A stretch of DNA of 64,000 nucleotides, taken from positions 5,257,079-5,321,078 of the forward strand of contig OZ316898.1 in NCBI GenBank assembly GCA_973895155.1. The letters run 5' to 3'. The notes under the pieces were generated by a model that saw nothing but the letters and a program-made list of their open reading frames with translations, ran no database searches and had not been told where the DNA came from. The position numbers and the translations under genes are program-made. Each line of letters opens with the position of its first letter. The stretch's first letter is position 1. Source of the DNA: Marsupella aquatica (lineage: Eukaryota > Plantae > Marchantiophyta). Shown here in pieces: positions 48,101-57,711 of this stretch.

Positions 48101-49483
48101 ATGTGTCAAACAAGGCGGAGGATAAGAGCCGGAGGACGACAGTTGATACAAACTGTTCCGCGGTGATCGAGATGCCTGGAGAAAGACGGATGATGGGTTG
48201 TCTTTGTCAAACACTAAGCAAGACTTAGAGTCAAACAAAATAAGATGACCAGCATCGGCAAGTTTGCCCACAGACATAAGATTTTTGTGAACACCAGGCA
48301 CGTAAAGAACATTGTTGATAGCTTTATTGTCAACATGAGCAGTGCCATTGCCAGCAATGGGCAAAGTGTTACCGCTAGCAGTGGTTACACCAGGACCAGA
48401 AGGGAAAGTCTCTAATGTTGAGCGATGTCCAGTGATGTGATTGCTAGCACCGGAGTCCATGTACCAATCTTGAGAGGTGTTTCTGAATTCGGTAAGGTTG
48501 GCAGCAATCTCTTCCTCGTGCATCTCTGGAAATGGATCAAAATCCTCAGGGTCTGGAGTGAACTCCGTGAGGTGTGCCTGGGGTTTGATTCGACGAAGGT
48601 TCCCTGCACGAATCATCAGCTGGGAGATTTGATCATCCAGCTTCTTCAGGTCGCACTCAACTTCCCAATGGCCAGATTTGCTGCAGTAGTTGCACGAGCC
48701 AGTCGTGCGACGTGGAACAGGAGCAGGCGGGTGACAGCGGTTGTCAGCAATGGATCCACGGTAGTCCCCTGGGCGAGAGGGTCGGTGAGAGACACGGCCT
48801 CTGACAGCAGGTCGAGAAAAGCGAGCGAGAAGGGCTTCTTCAGCAACTTCCTCTCGTTTCCCTTTCCTCCAGAAAGCCTCAGCCTGCATACGTTCCACAA
48901 GGGAGGAGAACTTGGGTGTATGGGTTCTAGATAAATCAGCGCCAAAGCTGGATACAAAGGGACCCCAGCTATGTGGTAACCCGCCTAGAACAATGTGAAT
49001 GAGACGGGAGTTGTCAACAGTGGCATTAATCGTGGAGAGTTGGGAAGTGATGCTTTCTACTTCCCTGAGGTAGTCTTCGATGTTACTGCCTTCAGTCATC
49101 TTGACTTTATGCAGCTTCTGTTCGAGGAGAAGTCTGCGTTGGAGAAGGTCACCTCGAAAGCGCTGCTTGAAGTGCTGCCAGCAGGCAACAGGATCGTTGC
49201 CATATGAAGCAACGACATGGAGGAACTTGGTCTTGACGGTGGCCATCAGAATGGACTTGGCCTTGATGATCTTCTTCTTGCGTTCCTTGGGAGTGAGGAC
49301 AATCTCATCCTCTACTGTAGCAACGTTGGTTGTGTCAGTGTTGTCGCTGTCTTCGTCAGCGAACTTCAGTTCATCCCATACCTCGTCTCGCTCGAGCAGG
49401 GTCTGGACTTGTAAGCTCCACGTGATGTGGTTGCTTTCTCCATCTAGCTTGTCAGCTTCACTGAATATTCTAGCTAGGTCCAT
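45161..49483 (-). CDS. Copia Gag-Pol polyprotein (1440 aa, intact)
   Basis: Zn knuckle CNYCSKSGHWEVEC; protease WYMDSGAS; GAG-pre-integrase LWHRRLAH; integrase VHSDLCGP, LRSDRGGEY, QNGVAER; RT LLYVDDLL; RNase H GYTDAD, TKHI. Confidence 0.98.
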   Translation of the reverse strand: MDLARIFSEADKLDGESNHITWSLQVQTLLERDEVWDELKFADEDSDNTDTTNVATVEDEIVLTPKERKKKIIKAKSILMATVKTKFLHVVASYGNDPVACWQHFKQRFRGDLLQRRLLLEQKLHKVKMTEGSNIEDYLREVESITSQLSTINATVDNSRLIHIVLGGLPHSWGPFVSSFGADLSRTHTPKFSSLVERMQAEAFWRKGKREEVAEEALLARFSRPAVRGRVSHRPSRPGDYRGSIADNRCHPPAPVPRRTTGSCNYCSKSGHWEVECDLKKLDDQISQLMIRAGNLRRIKPQAHLTEFTPDPEDFDPFPEMHEEEIAANLTEFRNTSQDWYMDSGASNHITGHRSTLETFPSGPGVTTASGNTLPIAGNGTAHVDNKAINNVLYVPGVHKNLMSVGKLADAGHLILFDSKSCLVFDKDNPSSVFLQASRSPRNSLYQLSSSGSYPPPCLTHEANTITNVETDIVDLWHRRLAHLNFQTAHHMTARHLVTGVPLLSFQKKQCTSCILGKTHRDNVPKHSIRRTSRVLDLVHSDLCGPIHSSSPVKYILTFIDDFTRFTWVYYLSHKHETFRCFKTFKTAAENQFGTKLSCLRSDRGGEYLSQEFIEFCSHHGIRRQLTAPSTPHQNGVAERKNRTLLEAARSIYVEGKYPRFLWPEAVKAATYVLNRCSTRALHLSTPFEALYGMKPDLSHLRVLGCSAFVRLPTKSDGKFGSRAIPSVFIGYDLNTKGYRCFDPLSRRILISSNVTFIEDSPGDFRAPPAQSDIFLDLLPATEAPSEPEGDEHHVLDHAAHDAPSNLDGTQLPNDNTIKDVADLGNHGGTHVHNVDPTIDEAPPLPCNSTLAPNVQINPLPKRRGSRARQLPAWARSGDYEMHIPEDVDLCIIETANPVSDTIAFRDAIQDPGWCSAMHEEYDSLIKNETWDLVELPPGRRAISSKWLYKSKPIHDADNPTRARLKARLVARGLEQQPGIDYNDTFAPVVRWSTLRAVIALAVASGWPISHMDVVTAFLNGTLKELLFMQQPPGFARKGLEHLVCRLNKSIYGLKQSPREWYQEIDKYLHEQGWTRSDADPNLYYLFQGSSIVLLLLYVDDLLITGNDLALIDTIKLNLQNRYEMKDLGEIRKYLGVEFTKTANGMLLHQHTYAEQILRDYNMTECRPAHTPLPEGFATQSNSNTAPVDRSEYCTLVGKLLFLTTTRPDLSYSVGMVARFMSQPHLQHLEAAKHILRYVKKTLDYGIHYKRSSQLLLTGYTDADYLGCLDTRRSTAGYVFTLASGPISWASKRQPTISDSTTEAEYKALSEATKEAVYLRRLLRELQHTSNVTVPVQCDNATIHKDLHEAAIPTSHDLHLHCDNQGSIRLALNPIFHARTKHIEAKHHFVRERILEGEVSLQYINTDDQHADIFTKQVCRQIFEKHRDFLGIRSRSSLLI

Positions 49484-49613
49484 GGCTAGATCACGTTGGG
49501 AACTCTCACCAACTGAAATAGACGGAGGGACAGGTCGCTCAAACTCAGAGAACTCTCATCTAAGTGTAGCGTTGGATCTTAGTCATGGGAGAGCTAACCT
49601 TGCTCTGATACCA

Positions 49614-49875
49614 TGTTGATAAAACTATCTAGCATGACTAAGATACCGGAACAGCCAACGGGAAGCACATAAGTACTCGGGGAAAGGGCAAGGAGTGCAG
49701 GGGGCGACAAAGAGGCGCCGCATAGTAGAAGAGCCCAAGAGAAGGGGCGAAAGCATCAGATGGATGCAACCTAGATCTAAAGGTAAGCAGCAAGGGACAG
49801 AAGACGACAACGAACAGAAAGTGGGCCCATATACTGAAGGGGAAAACAAGGTACTGAAGATCGTAGTTTCCAACA
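49614..49875 (-). repeat. Copia 5' LTR
   Basis: Adjacent to the PBS on the minus strand. Confidence 0.97.
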
Positions 49876-52121
49876 CTTAAAACATTAGTGATAACGGAGG
49901 CTAAGCGCCTGAAGGCCCTACCCGAAAGCTTTGGCAACTTATCTGCTCTCACGTATTTGCGTCTCGCAGGTTGTGAGATTCTTGAAAGTCTGCCTGCGAG
50001 CTTTGGTATGCTCTCGTCTTTGGAAGAACTTGAGCTGCGTGAGCTGGAGCGGCTAGATACGGTGCCGGAAACGTTTGGAGACCTCAAGGCACTTAAAAGA
50101 TTAGTGATAGCGGAGTCTAAGCGCCTGAAGGCCCTACCCGAAAGCTTTGGCAACTTATCTGCTCTCACACATTTTTCTCTCGAAGATTGTGAGATTCTTG
50201 AAAGTCTGCCTGCGAGCTTTGGTATGCTCTCGTCTTTGGAAGAACTTGAGCTGCGTGAGCTGGAGCGGCTAGATACGGTGCCGGAAACGTTTGGAGACCT
50301 CAAGGCACTTAAAAGATTAGTGATAATGGAGGCTAAGCACCTGAAGGCCCTACCCGAAAGCTTTGGCAACTTATCGGCTCTCACATATTTGCGTCTCGAA
50401 TGTTGTGAGAGTGTTGAAAGTCTGCCTGCGAGCTTTGGCAACTTATCTGCTCTCACAGATTTGCATCTCGAAGGTTGTGAGATTCTTGAAAGTCTGCCTG
50501 CGAGCTTTGGCATGCTCTCTTCTTTGGAAGAACTTGAGTTGCGTAAGCTGGAGCAGCTAGATACGGTGCCGAAAACGTTTGGAGACCTCAAGGCACTTAA
50601 AAGATTAGTGATAACGGAGGCTAAGCACCTGAAGGCCCTACCCGAAAGCTTTGGCAACTTATCGGCTCTCACATATTTGCGTCTCGAATGTTGTGAGAGT
50701 GTTGAAAGTCTGCCTGCGAGCTTTGGTATGCTCTCGTCTTTGGAAGTACTTCACCTCCGTGAGCTGGAGCGGCTAGATACGGTGCCGGAAACGTTCGGAC
50801 ATCTCATGCCTGTTATTAGATTGGATATAAGGGAGGCTAAGCGCCTGAAGGCCCTACCCGAAAGCTTTGGCTACTTACCTGCTCTCACATTTTTGTGTCT
50901 CGAAGGTCATGAGATTCGTGCAAGTCTGCCTGCCAGATTTGGTTTGCTCTCGGCTGTGCAAAAACATATATTGTGTCAGCTGGAGCTAGATACGGTGCCG
51001 AACTTGTTCGGAGATCTCAAGGCTCGTAGGTTAATGAGAGTGGAGGCTCACTTCTGAACGGGCAAGGCAGTTGGCACTCAAGGCTCTCTTTTGAACGGGT
51101 AATCAGGCTAGTCAGTCATGTGTGTTGGCTTAAACTAGCATGAACAAAGGTAGCTAAACACCACAGTTCCAGTGTTGTGCAGTGCCTGCTTTAATAGTAC
51201 TGTAGGTCACTCCATGGTGGGTATTATGGTCATCAAGAGAATTATAGTTACACGCTCCTAGGCAGCTAACCAAGAGAGCCCAGCTCAAAGTTTCTTCAAT
51301 TTTGAAACGAATGCGTTTATATAGCGTTCGTCATGGGAGCACCATTTTTTAGAAAGCTGCAGAATTAGTAATAATTTGTTTCTATTTGGTCATAAACTGG
51401 CATCTCTCTCCCCATCGCGCAATGAACATTACTATTGTCATATAAAGGTTACACAAACTCGAAAGAGAAAGTGTCCTCAGTGGTTTCAGGACAAGCAATG
51501 GCAGTGTTGAATTTGAAGATTACAGGTTGCAACGCTCTCCACACAGCTTGAAAACACTCTCTCGTGCATAAAGCATCACAGATTCTTTTTCATACCACAC
51601 ATAAGGAAGATTCATTGGCAGGGTGAACATACAGCAAGAATTTTACAAGACAGAATAATGCCTACAAATGTAGAATGGTGCCTCCTCTCTATTATGAAGG
51701 TATGAAGGTGACGGACTCCGACTGCTGTGGAGAGACCACCAGTCGCAGTGGGGACTATAAATGGAGGTCTGCAAAGTTTCCTCCAGCATTGTGATTAACT
51801 GCAGTACCAGCTGTGCGAGACCAACGGGTTGAAACATATCTCTGTTTGAGTCTCTTTCCTTTGCGAGTGCTGGAATAGCATTCAGGCTGCTTATGTTTGG
51901 CTCGAAATTTCTCAAAAATTGCCGTTGGCCTTATGGAGGATGGGACTAGCTTTATCGGGCGTCACTCTGCTAAATCTCCCAGCCTGTTTTCTACTCCAGC
52001 AAAGTCTCAGCCTTTCAGAAGTATCCACCCCAAAAGAACTCAAAGCTCCGTTCTAGTACCCAAGTCCCACTTTCATAAGCTTTAGCCTCAGTTAAAAATT
52101 CTGATGGTGGAAACATGCTCC

Positions 52122-52739
52122 TCATGGACAAATCTCAGTCTCGGAAACGAGGAGGAAAAGCACAGACGAGTAGCTCAGGATTGGATACTGAAATGCATTC
52201 AGAAAATGAGCATACTATGCCAAAGTAGTTTCTCGATTGGAACTTCATTAGATAGAAAATTGTACGGAGTAATTTGCCGGTGTCAACTAGAGGAAACCAC
52301 TTGTAACCAGGTCTTTCAGGTAGTGAAACCGTCACAGGCAAATAAAGGGAATTGAAGGCAACATAATGCTCCTTACTGTGAGAGTCAACCTGCGTGTCTA
52401 GACAGGGATGTTAGCTCGAGAAACGATTTGAAATGAATTGCAGATAAACGAAACGACACCCGTATAGGTCAATAGGTTATTTGTTTTGAACCTGCCAATA
52501 TGGACGACTGTGGCCTTCTCCTCATTTGCAAGATTACAAAGCATTCAGTAACACCATTTACCAAAATTTTACAGATCCTAAACGTCAAATGAGCGAAATG
52601 TCATAGGGAGAGCAATACTGGTGAAACAGCTACAAATCTACCCTAAATCTCCGACCAGTGAGTCATGTTTGGTGTCACGCCGTGCCACTCTAGCCGTTCC
52701 GCAGTCGGGAATTCTCCTAGCCTTAGTGCTTCACATTGA
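52122..52739 (-). pseudogene. ISA1: ISA1 3' fragment, copy 3 (indels)
   Basis: MPVTVSLPERPGYKWFPLVDTGK followed by a frameshift; colinear with the other copies. Confidence 0.85.
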
Positions 52740-53653
52740 CTGGAAAATCATTCCGCCAGTACAGTTTTTTCATTGTGGAGGGGACAGTAGTAAGCAGAAG
52801 AAACAACTTGAAAACTAGGCCAACCCTTTTGCATCTATCTTGTCAGCAGTTTTGTTTAAATTGCTTCTAATTATGAGAAGATCACGTTCAAATTATATTC
52901 TAAATCTAAGTGATTTGTGGCCAAAATTTGCTAGATTCCACGTCTCTAAAAAGTAATTTTGCCACAGGCTAAAATTGCTAGATTTTCTATCTTTCCATAG
53001 TCACTTTTCCGCCTAGCACAGACCCCACTAGCCAAAATATGTCGTCATCTTTAAATGTAGTCAGAAATGTAACAGAATTACATAATGAATGTTCTTAGCG
53101 TGCTCTCCTTCGCACAAGGGGACATTGGCCACACTCACGAAAAAGAAAAGACATTAAACATTAGGCTGGGCAGGTGGCTGTCATATATATTCAAGAAGAA
53201 TTCAATCGAATTGAGTTGTTGTGATGACCACTGATATCCAGAGCATTGCTGATAATTTGTCGAATAGAACACAGCATGACACCAAACTTGACAAAGTGAT
53301 CGAATGAAGAGAGCGTCGTTAATGGCAAGACTTTGTGGTATGAGAAACGAGTCGCAACATGTTGGCAAAAGGTTCTTTCACAGTGTTTTCAGTGTGGGGC
53401 GCTGACTTTTCTAAAGTTGGGCCATTTCAGGGTGGCTTGACAAGTTACGAACGACCTGGGAGGTGCACAAAGCTCCGTTATACCACGCGGAAGATGCCCA
53501 GAAGATTCTGGCTTGCTTGCTACTTATTATACAATGGAAAAAAATTTAGTTAGAATGTAGCTCACAATCTGAATGAAAAGGACTGAAAAGAGTGGGAGTG
53601 GCAGACGTTTTGATTGCTACCTCTGAAAATATAAGTTCATTTAAAACCAAAAT

Positions 53654-53724
53654 TTGCTTCAATTGGACGTTGTACGTTGCTTCAATTGGACGTTGCTTCA
53701 ATTGGACGTTGCTTCAATTGGACG
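53654..53724 (+). repeat. 16-bp tandem repeat TTGCTTCAATTGGACG x4
   Basis: Direct reading. Confidence 0.9.
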
Positions 53725-53770
53725 TACATGCATCTCCACAAGAAGACATAGAAAAGTAGAATGTCTGTGG

Positions 53771-54348
53771 GTCATGAGAGAATTTACAAGCATCTCCACG
53801 GTCGCATTCCTCCCGTTGGAAACCATAACAGGCACCCGTCTCTTCCCTCTTGTTTTGTTCTTCCATTCTGTTCTCTTCTAGTTTCTTCTTGTAACTGGCG
53901 ACACAATCATCACAAATTGTTCTGTTGACAACCCGGGCCCATTCAAGTTATCAGCCTAAACAAGACTTTCTCCGGCATCCCCGATGACAAGATTAGTCTC
54001 TTCAAAACTCGAAGCACAAAATGAGCTCGTCTACTGCCATATACAAAATCCGCATCTTTCTTTCATTCTAAGCTTGAACTTCTTAAAGTAGAAGAGACCG
54101 GAATTCTTTAGTAGACACTGCATAAGTCCCGATGTTAGAATTGGTTTCTGAACATTATTAATCCTGCCTGACTTAAATTGACTTTTGTTCTCTTTACATA
54201 CGCATATCTCCAGCTTAGATTAGTGTATAATTGGACTCTTACCGACTGCAAGGTACTTCGCTGATCGTCATAAGCCAAAAACGCGAACCCTCTTAAACTT
54301 TCAGGTGGCCTTGTCCCTAACCAGATTCACATCCACCACTTCACCATA
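53771..54348 (-). pseudogene. RBMX2/Snu17-like RRM + CCCH zinc-finger gene fragment (two exons)
   Basis: Manual translation gives YGEVVDVNLVRDKAT*K..GFAFLAYDDQRST, an intron, then DNLNG.RVVNRTI...YKKK...GACYGFQREECDRGDACKFSHD. Stops and frameshifts are present. Confidence 0.85.
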
Positions 54349-57280
54349 CGTACCAGTACGTCTTTTCAATGCAATCGATTCTAAGCCCTCCACTGTAGTT
54401 TCACAAGCATCCCATTCTATGCAATCTTCATAAATTTTATGAACAAAATTTCACGCTGGACGAGAGAGAGCGACATCGCCGTCATGTAAGAAAGGACTCA
54501 AAGCTCTTTTTCCGCCTGGTTGTGTGGACAGTAAGAAAATTCAGGCACGCAGGCAGTGAACTCTCGAGCAAATACAGCAAAACCCATCCAACTTTATGCA
54601 TTTTGAAATGTGAGCAAAACACTAAATGGATGGTCCCATAGGCTAGTTGCTGAAAGTCAATGTTTACACTGAGGTATTTATATTCGCTATTGTTTGTTAT
54701 TTATGAAGTCAAAAGAGGAGTTTGCTTAACTTGCACATATGCATCTAACTGACGCATACATACACAAGTTGTGCTTGTGATAAGTGAGATTAGTTAGTGA
54801 CCACTACAGTAGCTCAATCTGTCATATTTATTCCTTGTATTATTTTTTACTCATCCATTTCGAAGCATTCTTGTATACCATATTTTTCATACTTCGAATC
54901 TGACAGTTTCCAAAATAATGTCATGATTTGGAGTATAGCTTATCCAATTCTCTGTGGTTGATGAAGGTAAACAATACTTAGAATTCTAGTAAAAAAATCC
55001 GAGATTACCAAATTCCAAAATGACATGTTTCTTGCTGAGTAGACCTCAGCATTCTATCACATAAAAAAAAAGGTATAATGGTAGGAGAGAGCATGGTGAA
55101 AAACAAGATTTCAACAACTCGACCTATCATGATCCACAGAAACTTCTCAAACTAGGTATCCCCATTTGTGGTACGCTCACCCTACGTATCAAAACTGCAA
55201 ATCATATAGAATGCCTTTGAATATGTCTACAAGTTTTTGCATGTTTAGTAATACAAATACTTCAATGTTGTAGCTTTTGAGAAGAGTGATGGAGCAATTA
55301 CTTGCATTTGAATAGAATTCATAGAGCTCAATGAGAATCGCTAAATTGACTGTGAAGAAAAATCGATATTTAGGGGACTTGCAGTAGAAGGAGTTCATGA
55401 GGCAAACTGAAATCCAAAGCGGTATGCCTTGAAGGACAGTGATACCATTAGTACGTTCTTAGTCAGAGGACCACATGCCACTCGTAACTACTAATGCTAT
55501 CGAGGAAGAAAAGTCCAAACATTGTAAGTCACTTGGCTCCACATCTGCTTTGGCACAAGCAGGACTGCTGTTGAGGTTGAACGTGCGAAACCTGATAAAC
55601 TTCTCAAAAGAATAAATAGCAGACTCCTTGGGGTATCATGACGGTACTTTCCAACACCACTGAACTCAGGGAGCGAAGTCACCGCAACCAGTCTTAAAGA
55701 TTGAGAATGCTAACATGCAGCACGACCTAGAGCATGAAATCAAGGATGTGTTAGCTTCCTTAAAAATATGAAAGCATACATAACAAGGACGGGTCCACGA
55801 ACTATGCTGTGGAGAAACGCGTTCCAAGGTGTTGGCAGAAGGGTCCTTTGCTGTGTTTTCGGTACGAGGCCATGAGGGTGATGTGACGAGTTACGACGAC
55901 CTTTGGAGGTGCGCCGAGCTCTGTTCGTCCAAACGGAAGTTGCCCAGAAGACTCTGGCTGGCTTGCTAGTTATATTATACAAACAAAAAAAAAGTTTGCA
56001 AAGTACACGCTTGAGCTGGCTCTCATCCTGCACTTCATCGGACGGAGCTTTGTGCTCACTGAAGTGTCTGATATTAGTTTGTGCCCTGTAGTTATATAAG
56101 CAGACAGAGTTTGTCAATGGAGGGATGACGTCCATGGGTTTGAAGTTATATAAGCAGACAGAGTTTGTCAGTGGAGGGATGACGTCCATGGGTTTGAAGT
56201 AGAGGAGTTCGTTAGTGGCAGTGCGTCCTTGCTAGCGAGGGCTACTTTTACTTTCTCTGCATTCCTCGAGCGAGGTCAGAGGAGAGGATCGAGAGGAGAG
56301 GAGGACGCGGGGGAGGGATTATTGGCAAATGCGTTTTGCTTCAGGTGATTGTCATGCACGTACAGGAACGGTGTGAAGCTTTCGGGACTGGGTGTGCAAG
56401 TTCCACAGCATTTCGGCTAACTCTTGCTTTGAAGAGTGAACACCCAACGAGTCTTTGGACCCGAGCCTGGTCTTTGGTCACTCTGGCATAATTTGTGGTG
56501 CGGAAACTCGTCCTGGAAATGGTCTTCCACCGTGTCGGCTTTCTTCGAGCACATCGTTGTGGATGCTATGTGAGTTTAGGGATTACCATTGAGCCGCACA
56601 TCAATGTTTGCACATCTGCTGTCGAGCCTACATCGTGAATGACATGATTTCGTTAATGCACGATTGCCTTAAACCAGCTACATTTTACTTGGTCCCCATC
56701 ACAGCGCTGTTTTCTCTTAGTTCAGAGAAAGGTCACCAGGAGAGGAGGGGAGTGAAGTCTAGCAACAACTGGTTAGGTGATTGGTAGTCAAATGCATTTC
56801 AGTTGTCCCTTACTTCCAAGGGAGGACGGATCTGTTGGTCAATGAGTTTCTTCATTCTCCGCTCCCATTAGTCACCAAATATCTGAATTGGCGTTTAAAA
56901 AACCCTTCAGGTAACAGTTCGACTTTATTTGACTGCTGCACAGTCGCAATCAAGCACCAGGGGCGGCCGTGATGAATCAGTCTACTAAAGACCCAAGTGG
57001 CCGGATGCTTACGTTGACGTCGGTATCCGCTACTCGGATCCTCTAGCTGATGGCTCCGTCCTTCCCAAAAGGTATGTACTTCAGGGGCCTCCATCTTGAA
57101 GCAAAGCAGAATGCTGCACTGGTCGCTCATCTATAGAATCTTCTTAAGCACTACGGGATTCAAAATAGACGGTTCTCATGTATTCCGGAGTTGAAGGGTT
57201 AGGTCCAAGTCATACTCCATTTGAATGTCCTGCTGAGCCTGCTTCCTGTGTGTTTACTTTTGGTGACTCTTCCGGCCTGT

Positions 57281-57315
57281 CACTAGTAGAAAACGGGATC
57301 ATTTTAGACCCTATT
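57281..57315 (+). mobile_element. 35-bp orphan CACTA 5' terminus
   Basis: CACTAGTAGAAAACGGG... is inserted into GGCCTGT|AGAGCAT, which is uninterrupted in units 1 and 2. Confidence 0.7.
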
Positions 57316-57711
57316 AGAGCATATCAATCCAATCTTTCAGGGCTCCGTCACGGTTGATGATCTAGGATCAGTGACAGTCTACAAGGAGTGACTGGAATTG
57401 ACGAGCATAATGCTACTAGGATTACTTCTGTGAATTTCTTCGCTGTCGGACTCTTCAGAACAAAGCCTTGCGCGTTGAAGAATGTCCGAAGCACTGGTTT
57501 GTTTGACCTGCCGTGCCTTTTTTGTTGCTGTTTTGCTGACCATTCCGTGAATTGTTGAAAAGTGGCAGGTTCTAATAGTCGGCTAGGTCCATTTCCCTCT
57601 TCCTGAGAGAGACCGACATCCCGGAGCTTCCTGCAAGGTTTTGTAGTGTTTCTGCCATTGTGACTCACTTGGACCTAAGAGATACTTCACGATCTTCTGA
57701 AATCTCGAGCA

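Larger units (their letters stand above)
44785..49875 (-). mobile_element. Full-length Ty1/copia LTR retrotransposon
   Basis: 262-bp TG...CA LTRs; TSD CTTAA (44780-44784, 49876-49880); PBS TGGTATCAGAGC (tRNA-iMet type, 49613-49602); PPT GAGAGGGGG-like tract next to 45046. Confidence 0.98.
39548..51057 (+). pseudogene. Hyd-NLR copy 2; exons 39548-39622, 39852-40475, 40849-41019, 41935-43011, 43322-51057; LRR exon split by Copia and C-terminally truncated
   Basis: Same exon structure and motifs as copy 1 (VHE instead of MHE). The frame is restored if 44785-49880 is removed. It lacks the terminal LRR/cap region present in copies 1 and 3. Confidence 0.92.
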
